From a virus: a DNA stretch of 64,000 nucleotides. The notes under the pieces were generated by a model. The model saw nothing but the letters and a program-made list of their open reading frames with translations, ran no database searches and was not told the origin of the DNA. The stretch is taken from positions 1-64,000 of IMG/VR virus record IMGVR_UViG_3300012954_000010. One strand, given 5' to 3'. Of this stretch, positions 1 to 9,400 are shown piece by piece (position 1 is the first letter of the stretch; every line of letters starts with the position of its first letter). The translations under genes and the position numbers were made by a program.

Positions 1-746
1 AGGATAGGGAAACGCTCAGTATTGATAGCTGCAGCGTTTGGATATGTAGGAACAATCAAGTCACGGTTACCCCAACCATCCTTAAAGAAGGAAGGTAGTT
101 CGTCGTTTGGTTTACCGTATGGAGCAAGACCCATGAGTTTACCTGCTTCAATAGCAGGGAATCCACAGTATTGAGTTACTGCTTCATACATCTTAGTATG
201 ACCAGGATACTCAGTCACATAGTGATTAGGTTCTGGTTCATGGAATCCAATAGCAGCTTTGGTTCCGATGTGCTTCCAGACTGTATCAAAGTCATCAGGA
301 TATGATGCTTGGAAAATAGTCTCAAACTCATACAGAGTATCAGGAACTGCTTCCATCCTGAGGAAACTACCAGCACCATCAGCAATAACACATGCAGCAG
401 TTTCAAAACCAGAGTTATAGAAACCACATGCAGCGTGCATTTCATGGTGTGTAGTATCAATATAGTGCGTCTTGAATTCAAAACGCTTACGAGCGATCTT
501 ACGAACTAGACCCTCATACATGTCCTCGCCTGTCCAATCGAGTTGAGGACCGTCACGGTGGGTGTGACACACAACTAGGTGATCAATGTGATCAACATAC
601 TCAAATGCTTTGAGCATACCCATCAATGGAGCACCATCATATTTGAAGCGAGATAGGCGTTCTTCTTCTAAGTAAAAAACAATCTCACCATCAACCATGA
701 GTGTCGTGCTGCCATTGTGACCACGAGCAACTGCAAGAATAATCAT
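1..746 (-). CDS. Carbamoyltransferase (NodU/CmcH family), N-terminal part; runs off the left edge
   Basis: Not in the ORF track; translated by hand: MIILAVARGHNGSTTLMVDGEIVFYLEEERLSRFKYDG...HHEMHAACGFYNSGF...VIADGAG...EAGKLMGLAPYG. EEERLSR.K, HH..HA, DG.G and GKLMGLAPYG are hallmark motifs. SD GAGG at about 756-759. Confidence 0.9.
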   Translation of the reverse strand, partial: MIILAVARGHNGSTTLMVDGEIVFYLEEERLSRFKYDGAPLMGMLKAFEYVDHIDHLVVCHTHRDGPQLDWTGEDMYEGLVRKIARKRFEFKTHYIDTTHHEMHAACGFYNSGFETAACVIADGAGSFLRMEAVPDTLYEFETIFQASYPDDFDTVWKHIGTKAAIGFHEPEPNHYVTEYPGHTKMYEAVTQYCGFPAIEAGKLMGLAPYGKPNDELPSFFKDGWGNRDLIVPTYPNAAAINTERFPI

Positions 747-757
747 TTTTTAATACC

Positions 758-1918
758 TCACTTCTTAGATGATTTAAAACCAGTAACACTCTTCAGTGGA
801 TCTGGTGTAACTCCTGCCTCACTCATTAGTGCAGGAATTAGGTTTGGGTTGTTGGATTTCTTTCCATTACCACTAAAGGTTGGAGTAGGCATACTCTTCT
901 GCATCTCCGCCATTTGTTCTGGAGATGGTCCAAGAGGTTGCATCATTTCCTGTGGTAGTTTTACCTCAAAGGTAGGTTTCTTGTAATACTTATTCATGTA
1001 TACATCAACCTCTTTGAGAATAGCATTCTCAACTTTGTCATTCATCGCCATGATACGATCATTGTTGCGACTCGTATACTCATCAATAGAAATACGAATC
1101 GGATCATAAACACGGAGATCACCACCCATATCCATGACAGAGAATTTCTCATAGTCAGGATAACTGATGTTTTCACCAAAGGTGGATCCGACAACAACGA
1201 CAGAAGGTGTGTCGAATGCATATGCAATGTGTTGTCCGACACTATCACATCCGAGGAACAAGTCTGCTGCTTTGATAGCACCAGCAAGATTTCTCAGAGG
1301 CATCTGCTTAGGATGCGAGACAGTTTCAGTAAAACCTTCCTTCTCAAAATCAATCTCAATCTCAGAGATCAAAACAACAGAATACTTTTTCTGAAGTTTT
1401 TTGATGATGTTGATAGTGTTACTGTACTCAAAACTCCTACCAGAATTATCAGCGATAATATTACCAGCAGTGTTAACACCACGACCAAAAGGTTGGAAGA
1501 CAACAGTCTTTTTCTTATTGGTGCGCTGACGAACTTCTTCTACAATAAACAGTCCAGCAATCTCTTCTTCACGAGAGAGTTTGATCTTAGGACGCTGTAG
1601 TTCTCTAATTCCTTTTCCATTAATGCAAATATCAAATGCCTGAGACAGGTTGCATTTCTGGTTGTAGTATTCCCAAACTCTGTATGGTTCGGGAGTCTGA
1701 ATATCTGTGTGTTTAATTTTGTCTTGGAACAATCCTTTGTGCCAATGGTCAAACACTTTGTCGTAGAGTGTAGGATGACCTTTGAAAAAATCCGTTCCAC
1801 CTTCACAGACAATTACAAAATCTTCGTCTGGGTGTTCTTCTTGGTATTTTTCAAGTGCAGGGATGGAGCAAATTACACGTCCTGCTCCACCATTTATGAA
1901 AAATGATTTGGGTCTCAT
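758..1918 (-). CDS. GT-B glycosyltransferase, GT9 (heptosyltransferase-like)
   Basis: GGAGRVICSIPAL N-terminus and LRNLAGAIKAADLFLGCDSVGQHIAYAFDTPSVVV match GT9 motifs. Start moved to ATG 1918 because the track's extension crosses a terminator and a late promoter. Confidence 0.75.
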   Translation of the reverse strand: MRPKSFFINGGAGRVICSIPALEKYQEEHPDEDFVIVCEGGTDFFKGHPTLYDKVFDHWHKGLFQDKIKHTDIQTPEPYRVWEYYNQKCNLSQAFDICINGKGIRELQRPKIKLSREEEIAGLFIVEEVRQRTNKKKTVVFQPFGRGVNTAGNIIADNSGRSFEYSNTINIIKKLQKKYSVVLISEIEIDFEKEGFTETVSHPKQMPLRNLAGAIKAADLFLGCDSVGQHIAYAFDTPSVVVVGSTFGENISYPDYEKFSVMDMGGDLRVYDPIRISIDEYTSRNNDRIMAMNDKVENAILKEVDVYMNKYYKKPTFEVKLPQEMMQPLGPSPEQMAEMQKSMPTPTFSGNGKKSNNPNLIPALMSEAGVTPDPLKSVTGFKSSKK

Positions 1919-1968
1919 AATAGTGTCAGTATCAAACAGAATAATATAGAATTCTTTGAATTCGTAAG

Positions 1969-1975
1969 TATTTAT
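1969..1975 (-). promoter_or_regulatory. T4-type late promoter (ATAAATA) for the glycosyltransferase-carbamoyltransferase pair
   Basis: Motif lies just downstream of a terminator and about 50 nt upstream of ATG 1918. Confidence 0.6.
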
Positions 1976-1979
1976 GCAA

Positions 1980-2006
1980 TAAAAAAGAGGCGGTTTCCCG
2001 CCCCTC
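1980..2006 (-). terminator. Intrinsic terminator
   Basis: GAGGGGCGG-GAAA-CCGCCTC followed by a T run on the minus strand. Confidence 0.85.
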
Positions 2007-2036
2007 ATATTAACACATTATTGTGTATCTATCAAC

Positions 2037-2849
2037 TTATTCTTCGGTAGCTTCTGCTTTATCTACTGATGCCTTAGGAAGACCTGTAGAAGAAGCGACT
2101 AGTTCATCATAGTCGGTAACTCTATAGTCATAACCATCAATCCAGTCAGTTCTAGGATCATCTGGGAATGGAATCATGTGAGGACCCCAACCATCTTCTG
2201 GAGAGAACTTGGTGTATAGACCTTCAAGTTCAGCGATGAATGCTTGAAGTTTTGCTCTCATCTCATCAGTCAAGTTTCCGTTGCCACCGTTCTCAGTTGC
2301 TTCTGCGTCAAGATTTGCTTGAGCATCTGCAAGAAGACCGTCACGCGCTGCTTTGTGCTGCTCCATAGTGATCCAAGGCTTGAACCATGGAAGTGGAGTC
2401 ACAAACTTTTCAGTTGCTGGGTCGTACTCGATCTCATCAGCGGCATAGGTGTGATCAGGAGACTGTGGATTAGGACGCTCGTAGTATACAGTGTCATCTC
2501 CAGCGAGTTTATACTCTTTCTGAGGATAACCACCTGCTTTTCCAGTGTCCTTACCAAACAGGATTGATCCGATTACTGCTTCTGCGTCATCCGCAGTTTG
2601 CATGTCAATCAGAACTGCTCTCTGGTCTTGACCAGCGCGAACATTTGCCTGCTCAGTTTCTTCCGCAGTTGGTGTGCGGGTGAAAGGAATGCATGACTGA
2701 GATGGGTTCCATCTGTTAGTCTCGCGGCTAACAAAAACAAAGAGGAATCTAGGACCTTCGTAGGTCCAATCCGCTGTCAACCCGAGATTATCAGTCTGCG
2801 CCAGATACTCATCTGGGAGTTTGTATGTAAATGCTTTTGTGAATGCCAT
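2037..2849 (-). CDS. Hypothetical protein with a C-terminal tail-fibre assembly chaperone-like region
   Basis: RDGLLADAQ...LQAFIAELEGL...IPFPDDP resembles the R..LL...D...Y...LRDL...WP..P chaperone pattern. Has its own late promoter. Confidence 0.5.
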   Translation of the reverse strand: MAFTKAFTYKLPDEYLAQTDNLGLTADWTYEGPRFLFVFVSRETNRWNPSQSCIPFTRTPTAEETEQANVRAGQDQRAVLIDMQTADDAEAVIGSILFGKDTGKAGGYPQKEYKLAGDDTVYYERPNPQSPDHTYAADEIEYDPATEKFVTPLPWFKPWITMEQHKAARDGLLADAQANLDAEATENGGNGNLTDEMRAKLQAFIAELEGLYTKFSPEDGWGPHMIPFPDDPRTDWIDGYDYRVTDYDELVASSTGLPKASVDKAEATEE

Positions 2850-2886
2850 ATCTAATAAGGAAAGTGACTTTGACCTATGCTGAATG

Positions 2887-2894
2887 TATTTATA
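2887..2894 (-). promoter_or_regulatory. T4-type late promoter TATAAATA
   Basis: Exact consensus, intergenic. Confidence 0.8.
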
Positions 2895-2897
2895 TGA

Positions 2898-3788
2898 TTA
2901 CAAGTTCTCGTCGTACTTGTAACTGATGCGAACCATACCTGGGTTACCGTTCTGACCATGGCAGCAACCGCCACAAGTCCAACCAGAAGCACCACCGACG
3001 CCAGGTACATAGTTAGTTTCACTATGTCCACCGCCCCAGTTTAGCTGGTCTACCGCCCAATGCATTAGGCAATAACCACAACCACTGTTTTCGCATTGGT
3101 TACCAGGCAACCAACCGCCTTTACCGTTGACTAGACCGCCTGGGTAAGCAATCATCTGCTTGTTCCAGCAGTGATTGTTATAACACCACATGTATGTGTA
3201 TCCAGGGACTCCTCTAGAACCGCCGTCTGCTCCATAGTAGCAAGCACAGCATCCATAAGGGCAGTTAGATAGACTGATGTAATTAGAGGTGCAGCAGCAG
3301 AGGAAGCAGCAAGAGCATCCTGCTGGACCACCATCTGCACAGAAGTTTGACAAACCAGGACCAGAGATCGATGTATAGTTTCCAGGATCTCCACACTGCC
3401 ATCCCATTCTACCACATCCAGGTTCTCCAACCTCGATTTGGTAAGCGCAACCAGCATACTGACTACCGACTAGACGCTTGTATGCATATGCACCAGATCC
3501 AGCGGGAACGCCTCGTGAACAGCAGCAGGAAGAACCGCCGCCGCCACCGCCGCCCCAGAGTTCAAAGATGATGTCACAGACACCATTAGGAACGCACCAG
3601 TTAGGGTACTGCATGTAGTAGTAATTTGTACTATACTCCGAACATGTAGCACCACAATATGCAGTGATATATTGGACGCAGTATCCTTCGGATGGAAGTC
3701 TTGCGATCTTCGTTGTATCGTCAGGTGCCGCTGATGCTTTCAGGGTTTCCTCTGATACAATACCGAGTAAGTCTCTAAGGTTTGACAT
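2898..3788 (-). CDS. Cys/Gly-rich virion (fibre-tip/adhesin-like) protein, paralogue 3
   Basis: 30 Cys in 296 aa by hand count; WCVP..ELWGGGGGG..CCC, GLSNFCADGG and C-terminal GMVRISY. Confidence 0.7.
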   Translation of the reverse strand: MSNLRDLLGIVSEETLKASAAPDDTTKIARLPSEGYCVQYITAYCGATCSEYSTNYYYMQYPNWCVPNGVCDIIFELWGGGGGGGSSCCCSRGVPAGSGAYAYKRLVGSQYAGCAYQIEVGEPGCGRMGWQCGDPGNYTSISGPGLSNFCADGGPAGCSCCFLCCCTSNYISLSNCPYGCCACYYGADGGSRGVPGYTYMWCYNNHCWNKQMIAYPGGLVNGKGGWLPGNQCENSGCGYCLMHWAVDQLNWGGGHSETNYVPGVGGASGWTCGGCCHGQNGNPGMVRISYKYDENL

Positions 3789-3814
3789 TGTGCTTTACTA
3801 TCCTCCAGTATTTA

Positions 3815-4768
3815 TCAGTTGTAGAAGAAACAGGAACATGCTTGGTTGCCGTCAGATCTACGGTCAGAACCGTGAATCCAGCAAGAGCAATATGTGATTT
3901 TGATCATTCCAGATGCACCACCTCTACCGTAGCAGCAACCGCCACCACAAGAAGTTGCAGAAGGACCACCCTTACCAGGGATACCTGATCTACCACCACA
4001 GTTGACATTGAATGCGTATGGTGTAGTACCACGGCACATCATGTATTCATGGTGACATGCTTCACCAGAATAGTTAACAGTCTGATAAGTTGGACCGTTA
4101 GCAACTAGACCGTAAGGAATTGCGAATCCTGCCTTTGCCCAGCAGTTACTAGAGGAGTTGGAGGTTCTAAACCAGCTAGGTTTGCCGCCTGCCATAAAGT
4201 CTCCACCGTATGCACAAGCACAGCAGTTATGTAGACTCCATCCACCACAACCATCAAAGGAAACTTTATCCTTACATCTAAACTCATTGCTCCAGAATGC
4301 ATAGCAGCAAGTCTTACCAGGAAGACCACCGTCTGCACAAAGGTTACTTAAGTTACAACCTTGGACCCATGTCTTACAACCTGTGATACCACAGCAGCAG
4401 CGTGAGCAGCATGTAGGAGGCGCTGCACAGAGTGAATAACACCAACCACCTTGTACTAGTGGATACTCTAGAGTCTTTCTTACATAAGATCCAGCACCAC
4501 CAGGGAAACCTTGCTGACAGCAGCAACCGCCACCACCAGATCCGCCACCACCCCATAACTCGAAAGTTACTTGGGTAGTACCACAAGGAACGCACCAGTG
4601 CTGCAAGCAGTAGTTCCAATAGCTGTTATCACAGTTACCTTCACCACAATAACCACGGAAAAGGAATACTCTTCCTTCGTTATTCATGTCGAGAGCACCG
4701 ACTTCACCAATGGTGTTGTCCAATGTACTTGCGTACTCTCGACCAATTAAACTTCTAAGATTTGCCAT
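3815..4768 (-). CDS. Cys/Gly-rich virion protein, paralogue 2
   Basis: About 36 Cys in 317 aa; same motif order; N-terminus MANLRSLIG. Confidence 0.7.
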   Translation of the reverse strand: MANLRSLIGREYASTLDNTIGEVGALDMNNEGRVFLFRGYCGEGNCDNSYWNYCLQHWCVPCGTTQVTFELWGGGGSGGGGCCCQQGFPGGAGSYVRKTLEYPLVQGGWCYSLCAAPPTCCSRCCCGITGCKTWVQGCNLSNLCADGGLPGKTCCYAFWSNEFRCKDKVSFDGCGGWSLHNCCACAYGGDFMAGGKPSWFRTSNSSSNCWAKAGFAIPYGLVANGPTYQTVNYSGEACHHEYMMCRGTTPYAFNVNCGGRSGIPGKGGPSATSCGGGCCYGRGGASGMIKITYCSCWIHGSDRRSDGNQACSCFFYN

Positions 4769-4780
4769 TACTCCCCGTGA

Positions 4781-5707
4781 TTAAGATTTGCAGAAAAGTG
4801 TGACTCTAATGAGTCCGTGAGCACCCTCAGAAGAACAGCAGCAACCGCCACCGTATACCTGAGCAGAAACACCACCAGAACCAGGAGGACCGTTTCTATG
4901 GCAGGAACTGGAGAAACCACCATTATTACCAGTCAACCATAATGTAGCTCTTCTACCACAGGAGTGCATCTCTGGACGACGAAGGACATGGTGAATACCA
5001 TATCTAGCACCGAACATAGGAGCAACTGGGTGGTAGTCTTTCTTATGACACCAGTTACCACAACCTGGGTTACAATCATAATGAATATAGGAATCTAGGT
5101 TACCCCAGAAGAACTTACCTTTAGCTTCACACCCTCTATAGACTTCACCATTATTAGCAGGATAGTGATCAGTCTGCCATCTGTTACATGCAGGACCGAT
5201 TTCGTTCTTCCTTGTTCTACAAGAGAAGTAAGAATTAACCCAGTGACAGCAGTTAAATCCGTGACATCCACCACAAGCACAGAAGTCAGATAATCCAGGA
5301 CCCTGGACATAGGACTTACAACCGTCGAAACCACCTCTAGATGGGTGACGACATGTACCAGATGCTACGCAAATATCGTAGCAGCAACCATCCAATTGAG
5401 ACACGCCCATATCTTCAGCACACAGTGTGCAAGACATATACTGTCCCGAGTGTCCAGACCATGCGATAGAGCAGCAGCATGTACCTGAGCCGCCACCGCC
5501 GCCACCCCAAAGTTCCCATTTGATGCGACAAATGCATTCATTTGGGACGCACCACCTGTAACGGTTGTAGTCATAGTCATGACTGCTACCGTAGGACCAA
5601 CAGTGGTTTCCTCTGAATAGATACTGATGTGCTCCTGGACCCAAATACGTCTGGACGGGTAAGTTATCCAGTGATGGCACATCTAGAAGATCTCTTAAAC
5701 TTGACAT
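4781..5707 (-). CDS. Cys/Gly-rich virion protein, paralogue 1
   Basis: About 31 Cys in 308 aa; same motif order; N-terminus MSSLRDLLD. Confidence 0.7.
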   Translation of the reverse strand: MSSLRDLLDVPSLDNLPVQTYLGPGAHQYLFRGNHCWSYGSSHDYDYNRYRWCVPNECICRIKWELWGGGGGGSGTCCCSIAWSGHSGQYMSCTLCAEDMGVSQLDGCCYDICVASGTCRHPSRGGFDGCKSYVQGPGLSDFCACGGCHGFNCCHWVNSYFSCRTRKNEIGPACNRWQTDHYPANNGEVYRGCEAKGKFFWGNLDSYIHYDCNPGCGNWCHKKDYHPVAPMFGARYGIHHVLRRPEMHSCGRRATLWLTGNNGGFSSSCHRNGPPGSGGVSAQVYGGGCCCSSEGAHGLIRVTLFCKS

Positions 5708-5731
5708 TCTAGTGTTCCCTCTGTTAGTTTA

Positions 5732-6055
5732 TCAGTTAGATAGAATCGACCAACCAAAAGCAGAACCTGTGTAGATTAGCTCTAGTGATGCATTCTTGAT
5801 ATCAAAGTCAAGGTCCTCTGCTAAGTTAGCGATCTTATGACCGTTGCGTAAGACATTTACTTTATTATTTCCGCAGTTTCCAGCAGCGTCAATTAGATTG
5901 ATTCTGTCACCTACTCTTGGGTTAGCTGGCAAAGTCAAATCAAAAACTGCTGAAGTTGTGTCAAGTAGCAGGATCTGTCCTGCTAAGACATTATGATTAG
6001 AGGTCACTGCGAGAGTCTCTCTAGTATCAGATGGTGGTGTTAATACTCGTCCCAT
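5732..6055 (-). CDS. Small fibre adaptor, T4 gp34/gp9-10-like beta-sandwich domain
   Basis: LDTTSAVFDLTLPANPRVGDRINLID...NKVNVLRNG...LIYTG..GW pattern; SD GGAG. Confidence 0.6.
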   Translation of the reverse strand: MGRVLTPPSDTRETLAVTSNHNVLAGQILLLDTTSAVFDLTLPANPRVGDRINLIDAAGNCGNNKVNVLRNGHKIANLAEDLDFDIKNASLELIYTGSAFGWSILSN

Positions 6056-6093
6056 GGGTCTTTATACTCCTATGTGTTTATTTATTGAAAAAA

Positions 6094-6414
6094 TTAAGCG
6101 GTTTCTTCAACACCGTAAACGGAGATACTGACGCCAGTTGTATCAGCAAATGCTACAACTTTTTTGGTTGCATCAAGTGCAATACCAGTTCTCTCCAAAA
6201 CGCCGTAACCACCAATCTCAGCGTTGTACTCAATGTACTCGCCAGGTACGGGTGTGTCGGTTGCAGCTAAAGCAATACGAACGCTAACAGGTGTAGCATT
6301 TGTGTTGACCATATTAAGGTTGAGGTACGAAACTGTAGAACCAGGAACGGTATATACAGTTGTTAATGTTGCCGCAGCTAGGGAAGATTGAGTCCCCAGA
6401 ATTCCAGAAGCCAT
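6094..6414 (-). CDS. Small virion structural protein
   Basis: TLTTVYTVP beta-rich protein; SD AAGGAG; late promoter at 6459-6466. Confidence 0.6.
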   Translation of the reverse strand: MASGILGTQSSLAAATLTTVYTVPGSTVSYLNLNMVNTNATPVSVRIALAATDTPVPGEYIEYNAEIGGYGVLERTGIALDATKKVVAFADTTGVSISVYGVEETA

Positions 6415-6458
6415 TGTTTTCTCCTTGTGGTGTGTCTAAAAGAAAGTAAGTTCGATAA

Positions 6459-6466
6459 TATTTATA
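6459..6466 (-). promoter_or_regulatory. T4-type late promoter TATAAATA
   Basis: Exact consensus, intergenic. Confidence 0.8.
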
Positions 6467-6475
6467 AAATGGGGA

Positions 6476-9400
6476 TCAAATCGATCCTGCCCAGAACACA
6501 TATCCCTTGGTGGTTCTCGTGCTATCAACATATGTCTTAACAGCACGCTGAGTTGGGACCTTTTGGTTGCTGTTAGCGGAGAGAGTAACATCAGAAGAGA
6601 ATTCTGTGATACTTTCACCAAGTTGAGCACCAATGGAACCCAGTCTCAAGGACGATAGACCAGATAGGTCGAAGGAAGAAGCGTTCAGGGTTGTGCTACC
6701 AGTTGCCTGGTTAACTCTGAAGTAACGACCAACAGTGAAGTTGCCGTCTTGGTCAGTAGAAACAAAGAATACGCGACCTGGGAAGTCTTCAGTAACTTCG
6801 TTACCTGGAGCAGGTGGTACGAGTGGTTCACCTGGCCAGTTAACTTGTGTCTTGGTTCCACTACCGATGTTCAGGAAGTCATGACCAGTTAGACGCACCT
6901 GAGAGTAGGAATATCTAATCTTATATCCCTGACCATCATATGTTCTGGTTGGTTTTTCAGCAGCAAGAACAACTAGAACAGTACCAGTGGTATCTGTCTG
7001 AGCATTGCTGACCTGCATGAATTCGTTATCAATCTTGATAAAGTCATTGAGGTTGAAACCAGAAGCATCAGTAACTCTGATGTCTTGCTGACTGCTATCA
7101 AGATCTCTACGAGTATCTGTTTGACCAACGACTTTAATTTCAATAGAACGAACTGTTAAACCAGAGTTGTGAGCGATAGCATTTGTTCCTTCAACTCCAC
7201 GGACAACTTCCATAGAAGTTGCAGTTGGGAAGGAGGTAATGCTCATCATCTCATCTTCTACAACTAGGAATGCACCAATAGAGAATCCACTAATCGAAGA
7301 AACAAAGATTGTAGTTTCAGTTGGGTTGTTAATTGCAGCACTCAATGTAGTTGGATCACCATACTGATATCTGGTGATGCTCTCCAAACCATCATGAGTT
7401 GCAGCTGCAGAACCAAGTAGTCCTCTAGCAACCGTTAGAGTACCATACCCTAGAGGTGCATTGTAAGAGGAGTTAGAAACAACAAAGGTGAATGGTTCTT
7501 CACCAAGTCCACCAGGACCAGTGATGAATTCAATAGAACCACCTGGCTTTGGTGCCTCAGTTAGACCAGTTAGAACAAGAACGAATCCGTTTTGTCCGCC
7601 AACTGCATCTGCATTACTGTCTAAGTTTGCTGAAACATTAGTTGTTTGACCACTAATAACTTCACCCTGTACGAAAGTTCCCTTAAGTGGTCTGTAAAGG
7701 ATCTTGTAAACACCTGCCTGAACAGAAACAATCTCACCAATTGCTCCAGAAGTTAGACCGACGATTCTCTCATCATTCGACCAAATAGTATCACCGCCAG
7801 GACCAGCAGTAATGGTTGCTACATCATACTGTAGTTGTAGACCATCGATCTGTCCTTGAAGTGTTGCTTCGTTCTGGTTGAAACCAGAAGAAACGATAGC
7901 ATATACACCCCAAGAAGAGTTACCTGCAAGAGATCTAATTCTACCGCCTCTAGTAGCAGTGTAAGAGATGTGTGCGTAGTAGGTAAAGCAAGAAACGATT
8001 TCAGATGCACCGTTATTTGTTACCCAGAAACCAACACCACCTTCCTCATAGATTTGAGTCCATGAGTCAAACACAATTGACTTGTTAGAAGGAGTTGCAG
8101 TGCCGTCCCACTTAGCGTGAACATCACCATCGATAATTGCACCAGTTGCAGTACCACCGAAGGAGGAACACTGAGAAACATAAGGAGACTTGGTAATTGG
8201 TGAATTAGGATCAAGTCTTACATAAACACCCTTAACAGTTGCGGTGTTCATGTCCTTAGGATCAGAAGTGGAAGGAACGAAACCGCTCATTCCATCCATA
8301 ACAAGATCCTTCAACATTGTCTTGTTACCGAGCAAGAACATTGTTGCGTGCTCGTTATTAACAATTGAAACACCATTGATAGCAATGTCAGTTGCACCAG
8401 CTTCATAGGTGTCAGAAGTTGTCCAGAGACTGCTGTTAGCAGTTCTAGTTACGCCACTGAGGTTACCAGCAGTAAGACCATCAGTAACTACTTGGATCAA
8501 TGCAGCGATTGCTGCTTCGATTGCAGCACAACCATTAGGATCGCTAGTAATTGTGTTATCAATTACCTGTGTAATACCATGGGATCCAGTTACAGTGACA
8601 GGAACATTGTTGATGATGTCATATGCGATCTGGTTCATGTAACCGAGAATCGAAATGACCTCAGCTTCACCACCATTCCAGTAGTTGTTAGTTAGTTGAG
8701 TATCAACTCTGTCATAGATTATATCGTTACCACCATAACCAAGGTTACTATAAATGTCCTGAATGATTAGAGTTAGGTCATTTTCAAACTGAGTTTGATC
8801 AGATCCAGGTGGATATGAAAGTGAAACACCACCAGCAGCTGCCTTAGCAAGTGTTTCCTTTACAAGGAAAGATGTATTTGCTTTGAGTAGGTTGTATGCG
8901 TCACCATTTCTGTGACCAACAAATCCTTGAATCTTAAGAACGATAGTAGAACCACCATCCTTAACATCAATAACTTCACCAGTTTTTGAACCGTCACCAG
9001 AGTTTACGGTAGAACCAAGAACTTTATACTGAGCATCAGGAACCTGTGCAAGATCTAGTTCAATCGTTGTAGAAGGTTCACCCTGTCTAGGTGTAATGCG
9101 AGTGGTTCTGAGGTTATCACCAACAATGGATACTTCCTCAGGAACACGCATTGGAAGAATTTCATTGTAAGTACCTGCCTTAACATAGATTGTTGCAGGA
9201 CCACTTACGCTGTCAACAGCGTGACGAAGAGTTCCGAATGCTTCTGTGATGTTCTCACCAGTATTGCTATCGCTACCCTCTTGAGTAACATAATAAACTT
9301 TTTGAGTTACCTGATTCTTTTTCCATGCAGGAAATCCAGTATCAGCGTCAACTGTTAGAACTGTACCGTCGTTACCGATAGGTAGTCTTGCAGGACCAGC

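Noticed and set aside
1919-2008. N-terminal extensions given by the track (also 48128, 49522, 51028, 55251, 55850, 58059)
   Set aside because: They run through terminators, promoters or upstream genes; downstream ATGs have SD, leader or ATGA-coupling support.
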